NCBI GenBank assembly: GCA_040005235.1 | Contig: JBDTZG010000089.1 | Location: 1-16,736 of the forward strand | DNA length: 16,736 bases | Direction: 5' to 3' | DNA from: Acidobacteriota bacterium | GTDB taxonomy: Bacteria; Acidobacteriota; Thermoanaerobaculia; Multivoradales; UBA5704 | Part shown: piece after piece, positions 16,520 to 16,736 of the stretch | How the letters are laid out: each line of letters opens with the position of its first letter | How positions within the stretch are numbered: the first letter of the stretch is position 1 | Made by a program: the position numbers and the translations under genes | The notes under the pieces: generated by a model | The model's database searches: none | What the model was told of the DNA's origin: nothing | What the model saw: only the letters and a program-made list of their open reading frames with translations

Positions 16520-16687
16520 GTGCGCGAAGTCCCACGACCGGTTCGCACCATGCCGGAAGCGGTGGGTGGCATCCCAGGACCGGTTCGCAACATCCCCGAA
16601 GTGCTGGTCGGCGTCACGGCACCGCTTCGCGACATCCCCGAAGTGCTGGGCGGCATCCCGGCACCGCTTCGCAACGTACCCGTGTCA
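16520..16687. repeat. tandem array of 8 degenerate palindromic 21-bp units arranged as alternating A/B 42-bp dimers (array 2)
   Basis: Units at 16520+21k: gtgcgcgaagtcccacgaccg, gttcgcaccatgccggaagcg, gtgggtggcatcccaggaccg, gttcgcaacatccccgaagtg, ctggtcggcgtcacggcaccg, cttcgcgacatccccgaagtg, ctgggcggcatcccggcaccg, cttcgcaacgtacccgtgtca. 16583-16624 matches 16625-16666 at 37/42. Confidence 0.9.
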
Positions 16688-16736
16688 ACGATCATCCAAA
16701 TTTCCCCCCTCCCGATCACTTAAAAATCCCCCCCTC

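Noticed and set aside
16454-16723. 89-aa ORF (and antisense 73-aa ORF) across array 2 as a confident gene
   Set aside because: No RBS; openness is explained by the GC-rich 21-bp repeat. Treated as part of the array finding.

Overview
GC-rich bacterial chromosomal window. The gene content is reminiscent of Acidobacteriota such as Thermoanaerobaculia, which is inference only. Left to right it holds: a DUF5615(PIN)/DUF433 toxin-antitoxin pair divergent from an RHH-type antitoxin-like gene, with a perfect 16-bp palindrome between them; a lower-GC lipoprotein gene; a sigma70-like promoter, an array of 16+ degenerate palindromic 21-bp units and a small helical protein gene; an ECF sigma / zinc-finger anti-sigma / 809-aa Rossmann-like orphan operon; a secreted PHI-1/EXORDIUM-like protein; a DUF2569-like membrane protein; a ferritin-like protein with a Lys-rich N-tail; a 3-gene ABC exporter; a YcbB/LdtD L,D-transpeptidase; a Cys-cluster + carboxypeptidase-regulatory-like protein; a YaiI/YqxD protein; and a second 21-bp palindromic array at the right edge. 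The best candidate for an undescribed system is the array module. The two arrays differ in sequence but share strict 21-bp periodicity, per-unit dyad symmetry, polarity and a downstream 19-nt motif, and the complete copy sits in the predicted 5' leader of a small helical, basic-tailed protein gene. No rRNA, tRNA, CRISPR or transposase was recognised.
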